From assembly GCA_964016885.1 (NCBI GenBank), contig CAXHJY010000633.1:1-38171 (forward strand): a DNA stretch of 38,171 nucleotides, read 5' to 3'. Under the pieces are notes generated by a model. The model searched no databases. It was not told where the DNA came from and saw only the letters and a program-made list of their open reading frames with translations. The translations under genes were made by a program, and so were the position numbers. The DNA is from Eledone cirrhosa (taxonomy: Eukaryota). Below are positions 31,531 to 38,171 of the stretch, in pieces (the stretch's first letter is position 1; the number at the start of each line of letters is the position of its first letter).

Positions 31531-31731
31531 GTATTAGTATACCTAAGGATTAAATTAGTTACTTACTTGCTATAATATTTATTTGAGAGGGAAAACCAAG
31601 AATAATTTTTATTGATATTTTTTTGATTAGTTTCCTTTGTTCAATGTTTTGCTTTCCCTGTTTTTTTTTTTAATTTTTATTTTATTTTGTTTTAGTTCAT
31701 ATTCATTTCATTTTTCTTTTATTTTTGGCAG

Positions 31732-31858
31732 AAATTCAGTTGATCGAGATGATAACAGTGCAGTAAGATATGAACCACCGAGGTCTTTAAACAGTGACAT
31801 ATCCTATTTTGGAGTTGGTGGCAAACAAGCTATCTTTTATATAGGAAATGCTACTAAA
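31732..31858 (+). CDS. SMCHD1: SMCHD1 exon (GHKL motif III)
   Basis: cag|a NSVDRDDNSAVRYEPPRSLNSDISYFGVGGKQAIFYIGNATK|gtcagt. Confidence 0.95.
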
Positions 31859-32849
31859 GTCAGTTTCATTGTTATTCCTCTTATCTACATGTTTTTCATT
31901 TAATGAAACAATACTAGATATACTGCCTACTTAACTGTTCCATTTTTTGTTAAGAAATTTTATTTTTACCATTTTAAATCTTACACCTTCAAAAATAAAA
32001 ATCGTCATGTTAACTAATTTGATTTTTTTTCCCCACTCTGCTCTGTTTTATGCACCTCCTGAAATATGAAGACAGTTTCTGCCCTGTTTACCATTCATCC
32101 TTTAAGTTACGTACCTCCTGAATTATGACCACAATTCAAGTGAATCAGATGTGGTGTTATAGGGATTAAATTATTGAGAAAATCTCTAAACTTCGAAGGT
32201 CAAAATGAGATATCTAAAACTAGACAGTTGGCAATTCAGATGAAATAAGTTGTTTGGTACTCAGCTAAAGTACACACAATAAACTGCATTAATTAGTAAT
32301 GTTAAATGCATCTGCATTTAAAAAGATGAGTTTTCCTCTCTGCCAAATTACTGTATTTAAAACATTATCTTTAAACAATAGACATTCATGGTTAGTTTCA
32401 TTGCTTTCCCATGAATTCAGAAATTAGTTGAAGCTTGTCTTAGTAATGAAACATATTGTATTGTATATTGACTTGTGCTTATATAGTGTCTTAGGTACAA
32501 ATATTTTGCATAGAAAATCTTTGAAATCGTGTGTAAATTATTTTAAAGCATTTATTTTTAATATTTAAGATTTGAGTAATCCAGTGAAAAAGGTTCTGAT
32601 ATGTTGCTTGTTTATGTGTGTGTGTATTATGTATGATAAATATATATACGTGTGTGTGTGTGTCTGTGTGTATATATTATGTTTGTGTGTATATATGTAT
32701 GGTGTGTACGTATATAAATATATATATATATATATATGTGTGTATATAACATACAGCCTATAATTTCAAGTCCTGTTTTGTGAAGAATCTCTTTATTGTT
32801 AATATATCATTTCTTCATAAACTTGGATATTTTATATTTTTTATATCAG

Positions 32850-32968
32850 ATGATAACACGACCAGCTGGTTCTAAGGATATTCATGAATTAACTATATCA
32901 AAAGATGATTTTGAAAAAAAGAAAAGAACAATGAATCTATTTACAGTGGCTTCATCAGAAACAGAAAA
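32850..32968 (+). CDS. SMCHD1: SMCHD1 exon (one A missing in A-run 32914-32920)
   Basis: cag|MITRPAGSKDIHELTISKDDFEK[-1]EKNNESIYSGFIRNRK|gtaagc; 119 nt as given, 120 needed. Confidence 0.92.
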
Positions 32969-33038
32969 GTAAGCCTCTTCTATTTCCAGCATTTGTACAA
33001 TATATTAAGTATATTGTATGTATATCATTAGATAAGAT

Positions 33039-33474
<436 letters not shown>

Positions 33475-33480
33475 ATACCT

Positions 33481-33549
33481 CAGGTCAACTTTACCTTTCA
33501 TCTATTTAAGGTCAATAAAAAAAGCCCCAGTCTAGTTATGGGGTTAATT
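33481..33549 (+). mobile_element. Second SINE family, internal fragment
   Basis: ggtcaactttacctttcatc matches ggtcaactttgccttt at about 31514-31529. Confidence 0.6.
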
Positions 33550-34106
33550 CTTTTTTTATATCTCTTTCTCTGACATCCTTCTCTGAAAGAAATCTACTGT
33601 ATTCAAACCTGGAGAGGAGATGGGTTGCGCTAGGTTTAAAAATGTCCTAGAAATACCTTATGTCAATATGGCACCCCCAGAACTCCCTTGGGAGTTACAG
33701 GTCCATACATACATACCTTATACCTATCTCTAACAGTTTTGCTAGACACCTTTCTGTCTTGCTTGACCTCACACTTCTTATTTTCAGATCTTCTCATGTA
33801 TCATCTTTTCACTTCTTAGTCCTTTCTTGTACTGTAATTTCTGACTGTGTGGTTGATGTCTGTCTTTAGTTTATTCTCTATAAAAAGTGGTTCTCAAATG
33901 GTACTCGTGTGTTGTATGATTTGTAACTTTTTAGTACACAACATAGTGACTAAATTAAGGTTGTTTATTGAATAGTGGTTAGTAAATTAGTAGCTTTTTA
34001 GTACCTAACAAATTGACCAAATTGATGTTGTTTATATAAAATGTGGTTAATAAATTTTTCTCTTGAGCACACTGAAGTTATTTCTATAATTTTGTTTTAT
34101 TTTCAG

Positions 34107-34270
34107 CCTGGTGATTCCAGCCATGTTGCTCCGGAAGATGAAATTTTCAGAAAAATTATTACTGAAGAAGAAAACCGCGAAAGTTTTACTGTAGTTGCCC
34201 ATTACTGGTATCAATTCAGGTCACATTCCATATCTAAAACACACCTGAGGGAGTGGTGTCGGCAGTTAGC
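34107..34270 (+). CDS. SMCHD1: SMCHD1 exon (compensating +1/-1 indels at about 34200 and 34238)
   Basis: cag|PGDSSHVAPEDEIFRKIITEEENRESFTVVA[+1]ITGINSGHIPYL[-1]KTHLREWCRQL gc|gtaagt. Confidence 0.92.
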
Positions 34271-34760
34271 GTAAGTTCTCTTTTTTATTGCTTTAAAAGA
34301 TAATTACCTTTGTTCTGTTTTCTAGTTCTACAAATTGGTCTTTATGCACAAATTTAATACAAATTGTGTGTTAATAAATGTTAAGGTGTTTGAATTAATT
34401 TAAGCTCATTAATTTACTTGGCTACAAAACACAAGATTTTTGCATATTTGAAGATGTTCAAATCTAAAAAGTTACCAATTGTTTGTTAATTTAGACAAAG
34501 ATATAAAGTTATTGTTTTAAAACCTTGGCATTTCAGTATTAACTAGCATTAGCAAGACATTCTTGAAAAGTATAAAACAACTATGACTGCAACACATTGA
34601 AAATTTAAGTCTTGGAAAATTTTAAAGATCTCTCCACTTGTAATGATATTATAAACATTTGAATTAACACCCCTTCTTGAATATTTTCTACTAAATTATT
34701 ACTAGATGCTAAGAGTTAATAAAATGCAGTTTGTTTGAATATCTAATCTGTTGTTTTCAG

Positions 34761-34872
34761 TCATATTTACCATTATTATCTACATGGCCCTAATGGCAAC
34801 CAAGATCCTCCAGCCCATGATCCCAACAGAGTGATGCGACCAGCTAGTCCATTCAGACATATCAACATTGAA
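34761..34872 (+). CDS. SMCHD1: SMCHD1 exon
   Basis: cag|t HIYHYYLHGPNGNQDPPAHDPNRVMRPASPFRHINIE|gtaagt. Confidence 0.95.
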
Positions 34873-35337
34873 GTAAGTAAGAAATTATTTCTTTCATCTT
34901 AAAATCTCTAAACATTGGTAAAAAAGATCTTGATATAATAGCTGACTATCATGTAACCCTTCTGAGAAATGTATATATTTTTTATCTGCTGATAATTAGA
35001 TAGTTTCAGCAATGGGAAGACTAATGGAAACATTAATTCCTTGGTCCGATTTGGCAAGTTGTACCCTATTCGGTGAACGAATGAGGTCTTAGATCTTCTC
35101 AATCTTCTTAAAAATAAAAAAAATAATTAGTTTTACTTAGCAATGTAAATTTTCTTGTGAAGTTATAAATTAGCTGTTTAGTTTTTAATCTGTTTTACTA
35201 AAAGCATCTCATCTTTAAAAGATTCTTTTGGAATTCCTCTCCTTTGGCATATTATTAAAATATTAACCAGTTGCCTTTGTAATATTGATTACATGCCAAT
35301 TGGTTTGTATTTTTAATTAGTTTATCATGTTGTTAAA

Positions 35338-35453
35338 GGCATGCGGCTTTGTGGTTAGAGAATTGGATTCACTATCGTGAGTTTGCGAGTTCAATTCCTA
35401 GACCTGGTAATGCATTATGTCCTTGAGCAAGACACTTTATTTCATATTACTCC
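35338..35453 (+). mobile_element. tRNA-derived SINE, 5' part
   Basis: gtggttagagaattgg...gagttcaattcctagacc...gtccttgagcaagacactttatttca; same head as 33364-33250 on the minus strand. Confidence 0.85.
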
Positions 35454-35694
35454 TTCTGCCAGGAATTGCGACTGATAGATAGTATTAATAATTGGAAACA
35501 TTGTTTCCTTGGTCTGATTTGATGAGCTTTATCCCACGTGCTAAATGAATGAGATATGGAATCTGGTCGATCAATTCCTATAACTTAAATTTACACTTGG
35601 TTTATATACAAAACTTAAACTATTGTTTTTGGATGCTCTTCTATCATTAGCTATATAGAATGTATTAATGCTGGAAATTTAATTTTTATTTCAG

Positions 35695-35905
35695 ATCAAA
35701 TTGTTCAAGGGACTAGCACTGATGAAAAACTTGAATCTCCGCGATATTAATGATGATCTGCAGAGTCAGTTTGTCAAGACAGGTGGTTCAGTATTTGATT
35801 TCAAAGCAAAGGTAGAAGGTGCTGGAGTGGTTGAAGGAGTTCTCAGATATCATCCATTTTTATATGACCATGAAACATTCCCAACAGACTTTATTGACCC
35901 AAGAT
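35695..35905 (+). CDS. SMCHD1: SMCHD1 exon (transducer region)
   Basis: cag|IKLFKG..NLRDINDDLQSQFVKTGGSVFDFKAKVEGAGVVEGVLRYHPFLYDHETFPTDFIDPR t|gttagt. Confidence 0.95.
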
Positions 35906-36474
35906 GTTAGTTTTCAAACTATTTATTTACTTTTACACTCCACATCTACCAAATATATTACTTTGTTCTTTTGCATATCTTACAAAAATATTCAACAACA
36001 GAACCTCCTAGCTGCTTTACAGTTTCCCTTGCTTCCCATTTTTCTTTATCTTTTTTGTGCTTATTTTGCCTCCAGTTGGCCATCCCTATTTAAATTTAAT
36101 TTTTTTTTTCTAAATTTTAATATTTATATTCACTTATCTCTGTTTGTCTTGTTTTTTGTTTCTCAACTATAAGGACTACTAGATACCTCCCCTAGCTTGT
36201 CATGGCTTTCTAGCTCTATACGGACGTTTAAATTGATTAAATAATATAGATAGATAGACAGTTTCAAATTACTAACCATTTGAACATTTTTTCGTTAATT
36301 TAAATTCTCTCTAATAATTTTTGTCATTTCATCAATTTAAATTCAACATTCCAAGCTATCATCATCATTATTGCCACCATTTTCAGCATCATTGTAATTT
36401 TTCTTGGAAGTAGTTTTTCCCACTCTTTCTTCAAATGTAATCTATTCATGAGATGAATCTCTTTTCACTTTCAG

Positions 36475-36592
36475 ATTCTGAGCCTGAAGATGACCATGAT
36501 TATGCCATCAATGACCGCCCAGCACGTGGAAGACGCCCTGTATTTGAGTGTTATTGGAATGGTAGATTGATTCCTTATACACTCATTGAAGA
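36475..36592 (+). CDS. SMCHD1: SMCHD1 exon
   Basis: cag|..[38 protein letters not shown] ga|gtaagt. Confidence 0.95.
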
Positions 36593-36699
36593 GTAAGTTT
36601 CTATTGAAATTTGTCAAATATTTTCCATGTTAGCATGAGTTGGGTAACATTGTATAACAGAATATCTTTGATCAAGCCTTTCAAACATCATTGATAGAT

Positions 36700-37005
36700 T
36701 GCGTAGCTTGGAGATTAGGGAGTTGTTCCAGGTAGAGCCGCTACTTCTCCGAATTGAGAGGTCACAGTTCTGATACTGCGGGTATGTGGTTAGAATATCT
36801 CAGAAAAGAATCGCTGGACTGATTTTATGGGCAAAACTAATCAGCAAGACACCAAGAGGTAGAACTCATGTAAGATGGTTGGTCATGTTTGGGGATCCAG
36901 CCGGATCAATTACAGACAGTTGCTTCTGACGGGACCTGCTGGAAGGAGTGTTTCAGGACTATGGTCCTATAAGCCTCCAAGGAATAAATGGGCGAAGAAG
37001 CTTGA
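36700..37005 (+). mobile_element. Old RTE (Rex3-like) C-terminal fragment
   Basis: ELFQVEPLLLRIERSQF*YCGYVVRIS..PRGRTHVRW, compare VEPLLLRIERSQLRWFGH..PRGRPRTRW. Confidence 0.7.
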
Positions 37006-37402
37006 ATGACAAAATATGTTGCCCGCTGTCAATGCTCTGACTTAATGAACATTTTTTTAACAATAGCATCATTGATTATAGGTTTCCATCTACATTTCAT
37101 TCACATTTTGTAGCAGGGTTGTTGCCTTTCATGACATGACTTGCCAGCTGGAGATGTCTGGTATGGATGGTATGGCTAATGGGTGGGAGGTTGTAGAGAA
37201 TTGTGATTGTAACGGTCAAGAGGTTTCTTAAAGTTCTTAGCATTTTAAAGACAAGGTTTTATTATATTATCTTTATAGCATGGATTGGAGTTTTATCTGA
37301 TTTAATTCTTTTAAATTTTAAAAATTTATAATTAATTGAAGAGAAATTCTTTGCCTTTATTTTGTTCAATAATGTTAGTTTCATTGATGATTCTTTCAAC
37401 AG

Positions 37403-37463
37403 ATTTGATTGGTGTAGTGCTCCAAAGAAATCCAAAGTTTGTCCCAGCAGATTGCTACAACAG
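37403..37463 (+). CDS. SMCHD1: SMCHD1 exon (one extra base near 37440)
   Basis: cag|a FDWCSAPKKSKV[+1]VPADCYN ag|gtaata. Confidence 0.9.
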
Positions 37464-37840
37464 GTAATATATTTTGTTCTGTATATTCTTCATATCATAC
37501 ATAATTTGTGTTTGTTTTAGATAGTCCTCTTTTGTCATGTTTTATATTTTCTTGCATGAATGATGTGAAAGCTTGGATGTTGGAAAGGGCCAGTTGAAGG
37601 AATTATTGTTCATTGCCCTTTTAAAACTCTCCTTCAGTTGGGTATAACAGTAACTGAATAAAGTTGAACCCTTCACTTGGTTAGTTGATATAGGAATACT
37701 AATCTAAAGAAAAAAAGAGGATTAACAAAAGTATTGGGTTTTGGTTGGTGCAGTATAAAATAAGCAAATCTAAAAGGAACAAAGATCATTTTAGTAACTG
37801 TAAAATTGGCAGAGAGAATGCTTTAAAAGAAATTATTTTT

Positions 37841-38105
37841 ATGGCCTAGTAAATGTGTTGGATTTACTATCACAATGTGTGTTCGGTTCCTGGGTTGGGT
37901 TGAGTTCTTGAGCAAAACACTTCATTTCATGTTGCTCCAGTATACTCAGCTGAAAGTGAGTACCAGCAAAAACTGAGGGTTTAACCCTGTGATGGGGTAG
38001 CATCCTGTCCAGGGGAAAGTCTTGTACTCTCAGTTGCTTAATGCCATGGAAACCAGGATAAGCACTGGCCTGATGAGCATCCAGGTTCATGACAAACTTT
38101 AGACT
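37841..38105 (+). mobile_element. tRNA-derived SINE (same family as 29478-29751)
   Basis: tggcctagt head, ttcttgagcaaaacactt, ttgctccagtatactcagctg, catcctgtccagggg, gaaaccaggataagcactggcctgatgag, caaactttaga. Confidence 0.85.
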
Positions 38106-38171
38106 GTTTCTTTTTATCTCTGCAGAATAAAAAATATTATACATGACAAAAAAGTACATTACTAGAAATCC

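Overview
AT-rich animal genomic DNA, most likely an octopod/coleoid cephalopod, inferred from SINE and LINE types recognised from memory. The window has two halves. (1) 1-27.1 kb is a field of multi-kb (TA)n/(TATG)n simple-repeat arrays with strong strand polarity, hosting a nest of non-LTR retroelements: a near-full-length RTE LINE (short uORF, APE endonuclease, RT, three C-terminal C2H2 fingers; 13.7-18.1 kb) and a near-identical 5'-truncated copy; an internally deleted relative that starts with an HDV-like ribozyme candidate; a second RTE family with a PHD finger inside the RT region; a third RTE fragment; a CR1-type LINE; and a ~0.5 kb non-coding element with a minimal type I hammerhead ribozyme between 39-bp direct repeats. 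(2) 27.8-37.5 kb holds 11 coding exons (+ strand) of an SMCHD1 orthologue (ubiquitin-like, GHKL ATPase and transducer region). The gene continues past the window end and its first exon was not found with certainty. Its introns contain tRNA-derived SINEs with exchanged 3' tails and old LINE relics. Isolated 1-bp indels in homopolymers, in both the gene and the LINEs, suggest unpolished long-read sequence. The long Y/I/M/C/V/H/T ORFs in the ORF track are microsatellite artefacts.
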